Assembly: GCA_002709075.1 (NCBI GenBank)
Contig: PAPV01000005.1
Span: 13,352 to 77,351, forward strand
Reading direction: 5' to 3'
Source of the DNA: Rhodospirillaceae bacterium
GTDB lineage: Bacteria; Pseudomonadota; Alphaproteobacteria; MPNO01; UBA2964
DNA: 64,000 nucleotides
Part shown: positions 19,896 through 31,255 of the stretch, piece after piece
Numbering within the stretch: position 1 is the stretch's first letter
Layout of the letters: every line of letters starts with the position of its first letter
Program-made: the position numbers and the translations under genes
The notes under the pieces: model-generated
Told to the model about the DNA's origin: nothing
The model's database searches: none
Seen by the model: only the letters and a program-made list of their open reading frames with translations

Positions 19896-21305
19896 ATGGA
19901 TTTAACATTATATAATACATACTCCGGTCAGAAAGAGATATTTGTACCAGTAGATGCAGAGCATATTCGAATGTATGTGTGCGGACCTACAGTTTATAAT
20001 TATGCGCACATTGGTAATGCCCGTCCCGTCGTTGTTTTTGACACTCTGGCTAGGTTATTGCGAAAGCTTTTTCCAAAGGTAACATATGTTCGTAACATCA
20101 CCGACATTGATGACAAAATTATAAGCGCTGCGAGCGAACAAGGTAAGAAAATAAACTTTATTACGACGCGTTATACTAATCAATTCCATGCCGATATGGC
20201 AGAATTGAATGATAATGGCCCGGATATTGAGCCACATGCGACCGATCACATAACTGAAATGATTAAGATGGTTGAGTGTCTAATCGAAAAGAACTTTGCT
20301 TACGTGAAAGAAGGGCACGTATTGTTTTCAGTGAAAAAGATGAAAGATTATGGAAAGCTGTCCTCTCATTCACCCGATGAGTTAATAGCAGGAGCCCGTA
20401 TCGAGGTTTCTTCCTATAAAAATAGTCCAGCAGATTTTGTGCTGTGGAAGCCATCAAGTTCAGAACAGCCAGGTTGGCATAGCCCATGGGGGCGTGGTCG
20501 ACCTGGCTGGCACCTTGAATGTTCAGCAATGAGTGAAAAACACTTGGGTGAAACTTTCGATATTCACGGGGGGGGCCAAGATCTTATTTTTCCACATCAT
20601 GAGAATGAGATTGCGCAATCAGTATGTGCCCATTCAGGCGCTCCTTTTGTAAATTATTGGATGCACAATGGATATTTAACTGTTGATGGTGAAAAGATGT
20701 CAAAATCACTCGGCAATTTCTATACAGTGAGGCAGTTGTTAGATGAAGGTTGGGATGGTGAAACCATCAGGCTGGCTCTTTTAAAATCACATTATCGTCA
20801 GCCTCTGAATTTTTCGTTGAGAGGTTTACAAGATGCGAAATCAGAACTTGATAGATTTTACAGGGTTCTTAGAGGGCATAGTTTAGCAGAAATAATAAAT
20901 TTCTCTTCAGAATCTCAGCACTCGACAATAGAAGCAACATTAAAGAATGATCTCAATACACCTGGTGCTATTCATCAATTACACGGTGAGGCATCGCGTT
21001 TGTTCCGCTTGTCAAATAATGACCAATCCACTCTTAAATTAAAAAATCAATTTTTTAAAGATGCGTCCTTACTAGGGATATTGCAACGTGATCCAGAGGA
21101 CTGGTTTAAAGGCAATAACAAAAAATCAAATGATAAAATTGACATGGTTTTTGTAGAAGACACAATCGCTCTTCGTAACGCAGCCCGTGCTAGGGGCGAT
21201 TTCATAGAGGCCGACCGATTGCGCGACATCCTATCTGCAAAAAATATTATGTTAGAGGATAATGTTGACGGCACGGTTTGGAAAGTTGGTGAAGGTCAAA
21301 AATAA
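19896..21305 (+). CDS. cysS: Cysteine--tRNA ligase
   Basis: MYVCGPTVY, HIGN, GRPGWHLECSAM, KMSKS. Start taken at ATG 19896, just after the nadE stop. Confidence 0.96.
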   Translation: MDLTLYNTYSGQKEIFVPVDAEHIRMYVCGPTVYNYAHIGNARPVVVFDTLARLLRKLFPKVTYVRNITDIDDKIISAASEQGKKINFITTRYTNQFHADMAELNDNGPDIEPHATDHITEMIKMVECLIEKNFAYVKEGHVLFSVKKMKDYGKLSSHSPDELIAGARIEVSSYKNSPADFVLWKPSSSEQPGWHSPWGRGRPGWHLECSAMSEKHLGETFDIHGGGQDLIFPHHENEIAQSVCAHSGAPFVNYWMHNGYLTVDGEKMSKSLGNFYTVRQLLDEGWDGETIRLALLKSHYRQPLNFSLRGLQDAKSELDRFYRVLRGHSLAEIINFSSESQHSTIEATLKNDLNTPGAIHQLHGEASRLFRLSNNDQSTLKLKNQFFKDASLLGILQRDPEDWFKGNNKKSNDKIDMVFVEDTIALRNAARARGDFIEADRLRDILSAKNIMLEDNVDGTVWKVGEGQK

Positions 21306-21550
21306 ATGCAATTATGGTCGAGTGGAATTTTCTCACCCAGTAACAAATAATTAAGGTGTTGGATATTCAAGAAAAGTATTGGGTGCTTTTAATCAGAAAC
21401 TGTTTTTTTTGCTTATCAATTAGCGTACTGTAAGTAACATAGTCTAGTCAGTCTCGAAATGTAGATAGACTGTCCAAATTTTGTTTAGTTTTTTGTCAAG
21501 CAAAAAAATATAGCTTTGATAAACCTAGTTGTTAACGTTGAGTTGTCTCC

Positions 21551-22390
21551 ATGCCAAATCAAGAACCAACGAAAAGAATGGTTGCTGAACGAACATTAGC
21601 CGCAGCACCGGTGGTCATAATGGTTGAACCCTCTTTGGCAGAAAATGTTGGGATGGCTGCCCGAGCAATGCTGAATTTCGGACTGAAAGAATTGCGTTTG
21701 GTTCGCCCCCAATTTACTTGGCCTAATGCCAATGCAATAAATGCTTCTTCGGGAGCCCACTCAGTTTTAGAAAATGCAATACATTATGATGATACTGCAA
21801 CAGCCGTTAGTGGTCTTCATCGTCTCGCCGCTACAACAGCACGAATGCGTGATATGGTAAAAGATGTGCAATCACCTAGGGAATGGGGAATTGACTTCCG
21901 TGATGCAATCAAAAATCGCGGGCAACGTGCTGGTATACTTTTTGGATCTGAGCGTGTTGGATTAAATAATAATGATGTGGCTCTAGCAGACACGTTGGTG
22001 AGTGTTCCAACAAATCCGGCATTTTCCTCTATTAATCTAGCACAGACAATCCTTTTGTTAGGTTACGAGTGGATATTAACAGGAAATGAAACGCTTCCAA
22101 AAAACAGAGTCGTGCGCAAAGGGTATGGAGCCGAGTTGGCACCACTTGAGGAAGTAATAGCGTTTCACAAACATTTGGAAGACGAATTAGAGAAAGCCGG
22201 TTTTTTGAGGGTGCAGGAGAAACGGCCAAGAATGGTACGTAATATACGAAACATATTTAATCGGGTTAAACTTACATCACAGGAAGTCAGAACTCTACGA
22301 GGGATAATAGTAGCGCTTTCCCGAAAGAAGTGGCAGCCATCAGAAAAAAACAGGGGCAGGGAGAAGAAAAATGAAGAAAGAAAATTATGA
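21551..22390 (+). CDS. trmJ: SpoU-family RNA methyltransferase (TrmJ/LasT)
   Basis: [30 protein letters not shown]. Confidence 0.85.
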   Translation: MPNQEPTKRMVAERTLAAAPVVIMVEPSLAENVGMAARAMLNFGLKELRLVRPQFTWPNANAINASSGAHSVLENAIHYDDTATAVSGLHRLAATTARMRDMVKDVQSPREWGIDFRDAIKNRGQRAGILFGSERVGLNNNDVALADTLVSVPTNPAFSSINLAQTILLLGYEWILTGNETLPKNRVVRKGYGAELAPLEEVIAFHKHLEDELEKAGFLRVQEKRPRMVRNIRNIFNRVKLTSQEVRTLRGIIVALSRKKWQPSEKNRGREKKNEERKL

Positions 22391-23990
22391 TTTCATAATT
22401 GTAGGTGCTGGTTCTGCAGGCTGCACTTTAGCTAACCGTCTCTCCGAAGATGATAATAATAAAGTTTTGCTGCTGGAAGCCGGAGGAAAGGACTTTGATC
22501 CGTTAATTCATGTACCTCTTGCTTTTCAAAAGATGCAGGCGTGGAAGCTTCATGACTGGGGTTATGTTTCCGAACCGATTTCTGGTTTTGAAGGCCGAAG
22601 TCTAGAAGTTAAACGCGGGAAAGTTTTAGGTGGTTCCAGTTCTATCAATCATATGGCTTATACACGGGGACATCCGGGTGATTTTGACAGGTGGGCGAGA
22701 AACGGAGCTTCAGGGTGGTCATTTTCTGAGGTTTTACCCTACTTTAAGAAAACTGAATCTTGGGAGCTAGGAGAAACTGAAACTCGGGGTGGGGGCGGAC
22801 CTGTTGGAACAGGATATGGTAAAACGCAGGACCCTTTGTATGAGGCCTGGCTGTCTGCTGCAGAGCAGGCTGGTTGGCCTTTAACTGATGATTATAATGG
22901 TTTGAATTCCGAAGGATTTGGTCGTAGCCAATACACAATTCGTAATGGCCATCGCTCATCATCCGCTAACGCTCACTTGAGACCCACAACCAAGCGAAAG
23001 AACTTATTTATAAAAACCAATTCATTGACCACCAAAATCATCATGGATAAAAAACGTGCGATAGGTGTAAAGTATTTCAAGAGGGGTGAAATTGGAGAAG
23101 CCTATGCCAATAACGAAATAGTTGTAGCAGGAGGGACTATAAATTCACCGCAAATTTTAATGTTATCGGGTATTGGTCCAGCCGACCATTTAAGAGAGTT
23201 TGGAATTGATCCAATCGTTGATTTGCCAGTCGGAAAGAATTTACAAGATCATCAGGTATCAGATATTGCGTGGGCACGTCCTGATGGAAATGCTAGTCAG
23301 TTTAGAGAGGAAATGAGATTCGATCGGATGGTTTTCTCAATGATAAGAGCATATATTTTTCGAAGTGGTCCTGCGACAGTTCTACCCGGTGGCATGCATG
23401 CATTTATAAAAAGTTCCTCTGAGCTTGAAGTTCCAGACATTGAATTCATGTTCCGCGGAGCACCGCTCAATGCACACTTATGGTTCCCCGGTCTAAGAAA
23501 AAAATATGTGGATGGATATGCTATTCGACCCGCAATTTTACACCCTAAAAGCCGTGGGGAGATACTTCTCCGTTCAGCAAATCCTATGGATAAAGTGAGA
23601 ATATTTTATAATTTTTTGTCCAACCCAGATGATTTGGTGTCGCTCAGAAATGCTTTTAAGATAGCACGTGAGGTAGGAAGGCAAGAAGCAATGGATCCCT
23701 TTAGAGGTGAAGAAACTGTTCCTGGCTCAGATGTAAAAAGCGATGATGAGATTGACAAATATATCCGAATGACCTGTCAAACTGTATATCACCCTGTAGC
23801 AACTTGTCCGATGGGTACTGGAGATGACGCCGTTTTGGATTGTGACCTTCGGGTAAAGGGGGTAGAGGGTTTGCGGGTTGTGGATGCTTCAGCTATGCCC
23901 GATTTAGTATCGGCGCATACTAATGCCTGCGCGCTTATGATAGGGGAAAAAGGCTCTGATATGATATTGGGAAAGCAGCCATCAGCCTAG
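22371..23990 (+). CDS. GMC-family flavin oxidoreductase (choline dehydrogenase/4-pyridoxate dehydrogenase-like)
   Basis: [42 protein letters not shown]. Confidence 0.9.
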   Translation: MKKENYDFIIVGAGSAGCTLANRLSEDDNNKVLLLEAGGKDFDPLIHVPLAFQKMQAWKLHDWGYVSEPISGFEGRSLEVKRGKVLGGSSSINHMAYTRGHPGDFDRWARNGASGWSFSEVLPYFKKTESWELGETETRGGGGPVGTGYGKTQDPLYEAWLSAAEQAGWPLTDDYNGLNSEGFGRSQYTIRNGHRSSSANAHLRPTTKRKNLFIKTNSLTTKIIMDKKRAIGVKYFKRGEIGEAYANNEIVVAGGTINSPQILMLSGIGPADHLREFGIDPIVDLPVGKNLQDHQVSDIAWARPDGNASQFREEMRFDRMVFSMIRAYIFRSGPATVLPGGMHAFIKSSSELEVPDIEFMFRGAPLNAHLWFPGLRKKYVDGYAIRPAILHPKSRGEILLRSANPMDKVRIFYNFLSNPDDLVSLRNAFKIAREVGRQEAMDPFRGEETVPGSDVKSDDEIDKYIRMTCQTVYHPVATCPMGTGDDAVLDCDLRVKGVEGLRVVDASAMPDLVSAHTNACALMIGEKGSDMILGKQPSA

Positions 23991-24096
23991 TGTTTGTAAA
24001 TAAAACTATCGCTATGAAGAAATTTAGACTTTTAAGATTTCCATGGGGATTGTGTTTGGATTATTTTTATCAATCATCCAACTTCTTGACAAATCA

Positions 24097-24124
24097 TTGA
24101 CTTTGACGGTGTTATCCTTATAGT
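24097..24124 (+). promoter_or_regulatory. Candidate sigma70 promoter of rpsD
   Basis: TTGACT (24097-24102), 16 nt spacer, TATAGT (24119-24124), about 100 nt upstream of the rpsD start. Confidence 0.5.
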
Positions 24125-24223
24125 CCCGCCCCATTCCTGAGAATGTGGATAGCAAACTTGGTTTTTGTTTATCCCGCCGCTGGAAAACCAAATCGGACTA
24201 TCAGGACAAAAAAGGAATGAAAA

Positions 24224-24841
24224 ATGAGCAAAAGGCAAAATGCGAAGTATAAGATTAATCGGCGTCTCATGTGTAATTTGTGGGGACGTCCAAAATCACC
24301 CTATAATACGCGAGAATACCGACCGGGAGAGCATGGACAAGCCCGCCGAAGAAAACCGTCGGATTTTGGAATACAGCTTGCAGCCAAGCAACGTCTTAAA
24401 GGTTATTATGGTAATATAACTGAAAAACAATTTCGGCGGACGTATGATGAGGCAGTGCGTAGAAGAGGTGACACATCGGAAAATTTAATTGGATTATTGG
24501 AACGTCGTCTTGATTCAGTGGTTTATCGTTTGAAATTTGTGCCCACAGTATTTGCTGCACGCCAATTCATTAGTCACGGACATATTCTTGTAAATGGAAA
24601 AAAAGTAAATATTCCATCATACCGATTGGTTGAAGGTGATACGATCCAGTTACGTGAAAAGTCAAGAGAAATACCACAAGTGCTTGAAGCCATTGATTCT
24701 GTGGAACGGGATGTACCGGAATATTTACAGGTAGAATATAAAACGATGAAGGGTGATTTTATACGAATCCCAAAACTTGCAGATGTACCATATCCGGTTT
24801 TAATGGAACCTAACCTGGTAATTGAATTTTATTCGCGATAG
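24224..24841 (+). CDS. rpsD: 30S ribosomal protein S4
   Basis: Alphaproteobacterial S4: [35 protein letters not shown]. Confidence 0.97.
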   Translation: MSKRQNAKYKINRRLMCNLWGRPKSPYNTREYRPGEHGQARRRKPSDFGIQLAAKQRLKGYYGNITEKQFRRTYDEAVRRRGDTSENLIGLLERRLDSVVYRLKFVPTVFAARQFISHGHILVNGKKVNIPSYRLVEGDTIQLREKSREIPQVLEAIDSVERDVPEYLQVEYKTMKGDFIRIPKLADVPYPVLMEPNLVIEFYSR

Positions 24842-24923
24842 ATAGTTGGTACCAAAGAAGCTGACAGATTATCCCAAAACGCATTTATTTTACCTAATAA
24901 AATCGAACAGTTGTTCAAAAAGC

Positions 24924-25277
24924 TTATTCTGTTTCCTGCTTTTGTATATTTATCTCAATCCCTTTATCGGTAAAATATTCAATTATTTCTCCCTGCTCCG
25001 CCATCTCACGTATTATGTCACAGCCACCCGCAAATTCGCCCTTTACATAAAGTTGAGGTATAGTTGGCCAGGAAGAAAATTCTTTCACAGCCTCTCGTAT
25101 TTCGGGATCAGCAAGCACGTCAACCCCCTTGAATTCAATTCCCATGTAGGTAAGAACTTGAACTACGGTTGCTGAGAAACCGCACTGAGGGAACACAGGG
25201 GTTCCCTTCATAAAAAGAACCACATCATTCCCTTCAATTTCATTCTTTATGCGTTGAAATACTGGATTATCAGTCAT
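24924..25277 (-). CDS. grxD: Monothiol glutaredoxin Grx4
   Basis: FMKGTPVFPQCGFS, WPTIPQLYVKGEFAGGCDI. Confidence 0.96.
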   Translation of the reverse strand: MTDNPVFQRIKNEIEGNDVVLFMKGTPVFPQCGFSATVVQVLTYMGIEFKGVDVLADPEIREAVKEFSSWPTIPQLYVKGEFAGGCDIIREMAEQGEIIEYFTDKGIEINIQKQETE

Positions 25278-25314
25278 GGCTTGAACTCCTGCGATTGAGA
25301 ATTAAATTTCAGCC

Positions 25315-25545
25315 TTAAGGTGGAGAGGTTTGTAATGCCAATGCATGCAACTCTCCTCCCATTCTTCCTTTTAATGCCTGATAAACAAGTTGATGCTGTT
25401 GGACACGGCTTTTCCCTTTGAAAGTATTAGAGATAACACATGCAGACCAATGGTCCCCATCACCAACAAGGTCTTTAAGCGTTACCTCTGCATCCGGTAT
25501 GGCTTCTTTTATCAAGCGTTCAATATTTTCTGGATCCATCGGCAT
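25315..25545 (-). CDS. bolA: BolA family protein
   Basis: GDGDHW, RVQQHQLVY, LHALALQT; adjacent to grxD. Confidence 0.92.
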   Translation of the reverse strand: MPMDPENIERLIKEAIPDAEVTLKDLVGDGDHWSACVISNTFKGKSRVQQHQLVYQALKGRMGGELHALALQTSPP

Positions 25546-25557
25546 ATTTTTTCTCCC

Positions 25558-27762
25558 TCATGCACTGTAGTCGGTTTTCATATAATTTGAGAACCAATAT
25601 TCATGAGCATTTTTCAATTTGTCCAACGATATAGGTGGATGTCCTGCGACAGTCAATGCATTACCTCCACTACGCCCTAGATATTTTACTGGAATTCCTG
25701 CGTTATCAGCGCGATCAATTATTGTGTTTGCATCTGTGGTTGCTATCAAATATCTACTTTGATCTTCTCCAAAACAATAATGTGCTAGTTTTATCTTACC
25801 TGGGTCGAGTTTAACTTCTGCCCCACAGTTTCCTGCCAGAATCATTTCGACTAGAGCGACCAACAGTCCACCCCCGGATAGGTCATGACAAGCACCAATA
25901 AGAGAATTTTTAATATATTTTCTCACAAAATCACCGTTGAGACGCTCAAAATGCAAGTTGACGGGTGGCGGTTCTCCAACTTCTAGTTCTCCAATTTCAC
26001 GAAGCCACAAAGAAGCTCCAATATGACCTTTTGTTTCCCCTATCAAAATTATATCAGAACTTTGAGGTAACGCGATCTTGCACATGTGTGAAATATCATC
26101 AATTACACCAACACCGCCAATTACTGGAGTTGGAAGAATTGCTGATCCATTAGTCTCATTGTAGAGTGATACATTCCCGGACACCACTGGAAAATCAAGA
26201 AGCTTGCAGGCGTCTGCCATCCCGTCAATGCAGCCGACAAATTGCCCTAATATTTCTGGCCGCTCGGGATTTCCAAAATTTAAATTGTCAGTTACTGCGA
26301 GTGGTTGAGCACCGGTAGCTGTGAGATTTCGCCAGGCCTCTGCGATAGCTTGTCGTCCTCCTTCGATTGGGTTGGCGTTACAATAACGCGGTGTGCAATC
26401 GGTTGTGATAGCAAGTCCTTTTTTTGTTCCATGCACGCGGATAACTGCTGCATCGCCTCCAGGACGTTGTATTGTATCTGCCATCACCATATGGTCATAT
26501 TGTTCCCAAATCCATCTTCGAGAACACAAATCGGGTGACCCAATTAAAGTCAAAAGGGCCTCTTCAATCGACAAATCGCTTGCTGCAATATTTTCCGGTA
26601 CTGGTAACGGTGCGGACGAGGTTTTATAAGGCCGTTCGTATACCGGCGCTTCGGACACAAGTGGCGTTATAGGTATATCGCATACAACTTTATCATTTTC
26701 TTTGAGAATTAGGTTCTGTGTGTCTGTAACTCTTCCTATCACGGCAAAATCGAGATCCCATTTCATAAATATATTTTTAGCAATTTCCTCACAGTCCGGT
26801 TTTATAACCATGAGCATTCGTTCTTGGCTCTCTGAAAGCATTATTTCATAAGTGGACATTCCATCTTCACGGATAGGAATTTCATTTATATCTATTTCTA
26901 GCCCAACTCCCCCTTTGGACGCCATTTCTACAGATGAGGATGTGAGACCTGCAGCTCCCATGTCCTGTATTGCTACAATCGCATTTGTTGACATTAACTC
27001 AAGGCATGCTTCTATTAGTAATTTTTCAGTGAATGGATCACCAACCTGAACAGAAGGGCGTTTATCATTTGCGTCTTCGCCAAATTCATTAGAGGCCATT
27101 GTAGCACCATGAATCCCATCTCTACCGGTTTTCGAACCAACATAAACGACTGGGTTGCCAACTCCTGCGGCAGCTGAATAAAAAATTTTATCTGCATTGG
27201 CAATGCCGACTGTCATTGCGTTTACCAGTATATTTCCATCGTACGCGTGATGAAAATCACATTCGCCTCCAACAGTTGGTATGCCTACACAATTCCCATA
27301 TCCTCCTATTCCTGCAATAACACCAGATAAAAGGTGTCGTGTTCTGGGGTCATCTGGATGTCCAAATCGTAGTGCATTTAAATTAGCCACTGGCCGAGCG
27401 CCCATAGTGAAAACATCACGTAAAATACCTCCTACTCCGGTAGCCGCACCCTGGAAAGGCTCTATAAATGAGGGGTGATTGTGACTTTCCATTTTAAAAA
27501 CAGCGGCCAATCCACCTCCTATATCAATAACACCAGCATTCTCTCCTGGACCCTGAATCACCCATGGAGCCTTAGTTGGAAGACGTTTTAGCCAGTGGCG
27601 AGAGGATTTATATGAACAATGCTCACTCCACATTACTGAGAATATTCCTAACTCAATAAGGTTAGGAGAACGTTTTAAAATTGATAATAATCTTTGGTAT
27701 TCATCTTTAGTCAGACCATGCTCTAGAACTAAATCCATGTTGATTATGTTCTTGCCATTCAT
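25558..27762 (-). CDS. purL: Phosphoribosylformylglycinamidine synthase subunit PurL
   Basis: [35 protein letters not shown] overlap with purQ. Confidence 0.97.
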   Translation of the reverse strand: MNGKNIINMDLVLEHGLTKDEYQRLLSILKRSPNLIELGIFSVMWSEHCSYKSSRHWLKRLPTKAPWVIQGPGENAGVIDIGGGLAAVFKMESHNHPSFIEPFQGAATGVGGILRDVFTMGARPVANLNALRFGHPDDPRTRHLLSGVIAGIGGYGNCVGIPTVGGECDFHHAYDGNILVNAMTVGIANADKIFYSAAAGVGNPVVYVGSKTGRDGIHGATMASNEFGEDANDKRPSVQVGDPFTEKLLIEACLELMSTNAIVAIQDMGAAGLTSSSVEMASKGGVGLEIDINEIPIREDGMSTYEIMLSESQERMLMVIKPDCEEIAKNIFMKWDLDFAVIGRVTDTQNLILKENDKVVCDIPITPLVSEAPVYERPYKTSSAPLPVPENIAASDLSIEEALLTLIGSPDLCSRRWIWEQYDHMVMADTIQRPGGDAAVIRVHGTKKGLAITTDCTPRYCNANPIEGGRQAIAEAWRNLTATGAQPLAVTDNLNFGNPERPEILGQFVGCIDGMADACKLLDFPVVSGNVSLYNETNGSAILPTPVIGGVGVIDDISHMCKIALPQSSDIILIGETKGHIGASLWLREIGELEVGEPPPVNLHFERLNGDFVRKYIKNSLIGACHDLSGGGLLVALVEMILAGNCGAEVKLDPGKIKLAHYCFGEDQSRYLIATTDANTIIDRADNAGIPVKYLGRSGGNALTVAGHPPISLDKLKNAHEYWFSNYMKTDYSA

Positions 27763-28451
27763 TTCGAAATCTTTCCGGCCAGTTTTTCAAAAAAAAGTTT
27801 GCCATCGGTGCCACCAAGAACTTTAGCCACCATTCTTTCTGGGTGAGGCATCATTCCGAGAACGTTGCCAACATCATTCAAGACTCCGGCGATATTTTTT
27901 ACAGACCCGTTGGGGTTAGCATTTTCATTGTCTATCCCCTTGCTCGTGCAATACCGAAAGGCCACACGATTATCGTTTTCAATTCGTTTGAGTGTCTCGG
28001 GATCTGTTACATAATTACCCTCATGATGAGCTATAGGCATCTTCAAAATATCACCCGTATTATAGCTTTGAGTGAAGAGTGCCTTATCATTTTCAACTCG
28101 CAAATGTACATCCCGGCAAATAAACTTTAAGTCGGTATTTTGTATCAGCGCTCCAGGCAATACTCCCGCTTCACACAATATTTGGAATCCATTACAAATC
28201 CCAAGAACTGGCACACCTGCTTCTGCATGTTTGATTACTTCACGAATTGCCGGTGAATGAGCAGCAATGCATCCGGCACGTAGATAATCGCCGAAAGAAA
28301 AACCGCCCGGAATAATAATTAGATCTGTTGGCCCGATTTCTGTTTCACGATGCCAAATCATTTTGGGCTCTAACTTAAAGGTATCACGCAAACAAACTTG
28401 GATATCCCGATCACAATTTGAGCCTGGAAAAACAATTATAGTAGAATTCAT
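27759..28451 (-). CDS. purQ: Phosphoribosylformylglycinamidine synthase subunit PurQ
   Basis: [31 protein letters not shown]. Confidence 0.97.
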   Translation of the reverse strand: MNSTIIVFPGSNCDRDIQVCLRDTFKLEPKMIWHRETEIGPTDLIIIPGGFSFGDYLRAGCIAAHSPAIREVIKHAEAGVPVLGICNGFQILCEAGVLPGALIQNTDLKFICRDVHLRVENDKALFTQSYNTGDILKMPIAHHEGNYVTDPETLKRIENDNRVAFRYCTSKGIDNENANPNGSVKNIAGVLNDVGNVLGMMPHPERMVAKVLGGTDGKLFFEKLAGKISK

Positions 28452-28690
28452 GAGCCAATATCTATCCGGTAGTTTTCAATCACTGTATTAGCTAGCAATT
28501 TCTGGCACATTTCTTCAGCTTTGCTTTTTGCTTTTTCAGAGTTGTTCTCGCTAATTTCCAGTTCGATATATTTACCTTGTCGAACTTCTTCAACCCCAGT
28601 GAACCCTATATCTGCCAGAGTTTTTTCTATAGCCTTACCTTGCGGGTCGAGCACAGAACTTTTTAAAGTAATATAGACTAAAACTTTCAA
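28448..28690 (-). CDS. purS: Phosphoribosylformylglycinamidine synthase subunit PurS
   Basis: VLDPQGKAI, VRQGK, LLANTVIENY. TTG start at 28690 follows a GAGG RBS. Confidence 0.93.
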   Translation of the reverse strand: MKVLVYITLKSSVLDPQGKAIEKTLADIGFTGVEEVRQGKYIELEISENNSEKAKSKAEEMCQKLLANTVIENYRIDIGS

Positions 28691-28925
28691 ATTATTTTCC
28701 TCATTAAATACAAAAACGCTCCTCACTATTACTCGAATCGAGCCTCTATTAAACTTCTTTTCACGACACTAAAAGTTAGTATAAAAGTCTACGTGTTCGT
28801 TTATATTAAGCATTCAATAAAAATGGTTTAAATCTCAGGGCAATCGAATGCCGTGCTAAATAAAACCGCAGCTTTTAATTATAATTCTCGAAGATATAAT
28901 TCCTAGCTCATAATCTGTATTGGTA

Positions 28926-29684
28926 TTAATTAAGGTTGACATCATAATAGGCATTGGTCTCTTGCGGCGATTCTGAGAACTTCCAGTGTATTCTTGGTTT
29001 GCCAAAATTTGGCCCCTCAAGTGCGATAAGACTTGATGAAAGTGTACCGAATCCATTTTGTGCTGAAATAAATATGTTTTTACGCGGGTCTGCACAATTT
29101 CCATATTTTTTACCAGCTACAAGATCAATCCATTCGGACCAGTCCCCTTGTTCGGGTCTTGGTGCCGAAGCAGATTTGAAGAGGGGCAGGTAATGATTGC
29201 TTCTTGGGGACGCAACCTCATTCATCCCCAAAGCTGTAATTATCGAAATTCCTTCCGGAATTTCAAATGCTTCAACCTTTGTAGAATCTGGCCCAGTGCT
29301 TCTAATCCACCAAGCATCTCTATTATCTGCGACGAAAAGATTAAAACTCCTGTAAGCAGCAGGCTCAAGATCGAGCAAAGCATCCATAGATGACAATGCG
29401 TCGCAATGGTCTAGCGCCTCAAGTACAAGTTCTCCTCGACTTCTTAAACGTGGGTCAGGACCGAGTGATCCACTGCGGTTTAATATACCAGAGACGATAC
29501 CATCATCATTGACCCCAAGCCACGTGCCGCCTCCAAGCTCATCCAATCCAGCAGTGACATTCTGGCGGCTTTTCCAATGCCGACCGGGGTTTTTCCATGG
29601 TCGTTTAATTGACTCATCACGATTTGCTGCGAGAAGAATTGGCCATTGATGTTCAGGACGACGTAAAAAAACTACAGTACACAC
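28926..29684 (-). CDS. NRDE/TANGO2 family protein
   Basis: N-terminal MC, AANRDE, GGTWLGVN, SRGELV. Confidence 0.9.
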   Translation of the reverse strand: MCTVVFLRRPEHQWPILLAANRDESIKRPWKNPGRHWKSRQNVTAGLDELGGGTWLGVNDDGIVSGILNRSGSLGPDPRLRSRGELVLEALDHCDALSSMDALLDLEPAAYRSFNLFVADNRDAWWIRSTGPDSTKVEAFEIPEGISIITALGMNEVASPRSNHYLPLFKSASAPRPEQGDWSEWIDLVAGKKYGNCADPRKNIFISAQNGFGTLSSSLIALEGPNFGKPRIHWKFSESPQETNAYYDVNLN

Positions 29685-29977
29685 AGTAGACTATATGTTA
29701 AATGATAATGATCTTGTTGCGGTTACAATATTAATTAATATCAACATAAAAAGAACTAGTAAAAAGATTTTATAGTGATTTTTATCGTAACACGCCTAAT
29801 TTACCAAAAAAACATATATTTAGAACAAAATAGCATTGATTCTTTTTTTATCACCGTGATGTAAGTTTAGTTTTACTGTCACTTCTGTAAAATTACCTAA
29901 TAGGATTGTTGTGATCAAAATACGTAGTCTAATTGTTGGAAAACTTGACCAGAATTATTTGGTTTAGTGGAAACGCT

Positions 29978-31135
29978 TTGAAAAAAAATAATTTTGTGAC
30001 TTTGGATTGTTCACAATGCCTTGTGAAAGGCTTTAAAAGCGTAATCATACCAAGCCTACATCGATCCAAGACGCCGCAATACCAAATTTATTGTTTGGCT
30101 CTAATTTTTTGGTCTTGCTCAAACGGGAACCGGAAAAACCGGTGCGTTTAAATTACTTATCGTCCATCTGTACGAAAATTTCAACAAACTAGGTGAAAAA
30201 AACCGCGGGCTTTTGTATTCTTACCAACGCGCGAGCGGGCCATATAAATTGGTAATAAAATGACAGCTTATAAGTCGCGCTTGAAAATAAGACATGATGT
30301 TATTTTGGGTGGTGTCATTCAAAGTGATCAAGTAAATGCACTACGGCGTGGAGTTGACATGATTGTGGCAACGCCTGGCCGCTTATTGGATCTCAGGGGA
30401 CAAAGCCATATAAAATTTTCTGAAGTTCAGTTTTGAATTTTAGATGATGCAGATCGTATACTGGATATGGTGTTTATAATGGATATACAAAATAACCATG
30501 ACGCTTCCAAAGAAGCGTCAGTCCCTACTATTTTCTGCAACCTGCTTAAGAAAATCTCAGCTCTCTTTACTGATTACTTTGCAATCCTGTAAAAAAAGAA
30601 ATTAAGACTCAAGTTCACCCTATATCCGAGATCGAACAACACTTTTACTATACATCTAATTTAAGAAACGTAATCTCTTTCTAGAAAGGTTATCATATAA
30701 GAAATAATAAGAAGTTATAGTTTTCGCAAATATGAAGCACAGAACAAATCGGTTAGCTCAGCACCCATGCAAATGCGTTATAAAAGCTAACTCTATTAAC
30801 GGGAACAAATTCAGTCAGCAAGGCAGCAAATCTTAAAGCGATTTAAAATAATGATGTCGTTTTTGATTGCCAGCGATATGCCTTCTCGCGGAATTGATAT
30901 CGATAGAGTAACTCACATTATTAATTGTCATATGCCAAATGAACCTGAGTCATATATTCATAGAATAGTAAGAACCGCGCGAGCAGGCGCTGTGGCCACT
31001 TCAATTTCACTATGTACTGAGAGTAAAATAGAAATATTTTGGCCTATATAGAAGTTTATAGACGTTCTAGTAAAGATTGTTGGGGAAGTACAAAATTCAG
31101 TTTCCACGCGTAAAAAGAAAAAACTTATTACGTGA
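29978..31135 (+). pseudogene. DEAD-box RNA helicase pseudogene (RhlE-like)
   Basis: Motifs in order: PTSIQ (Q motif), AQTGTGKT (30117-30140), PTRE, ATPGRLLDL, DDAD (30443-30454), FSAT, SRGIDI, YIHRIVRTARAG. Interrupted by several stops and frameshifts. Confidence 0.92.
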
Positions 31136-31255
31136 CCCAAAACAGTAGAAAAGGAAAAAAAAGAGAAAATATTTTGTCTTCCTTGGAGTCCTATATTCGC
31201 TAATATTGTTTCATAAATTCCATAACAAGATACCAATTATAACAATACTATCGAT

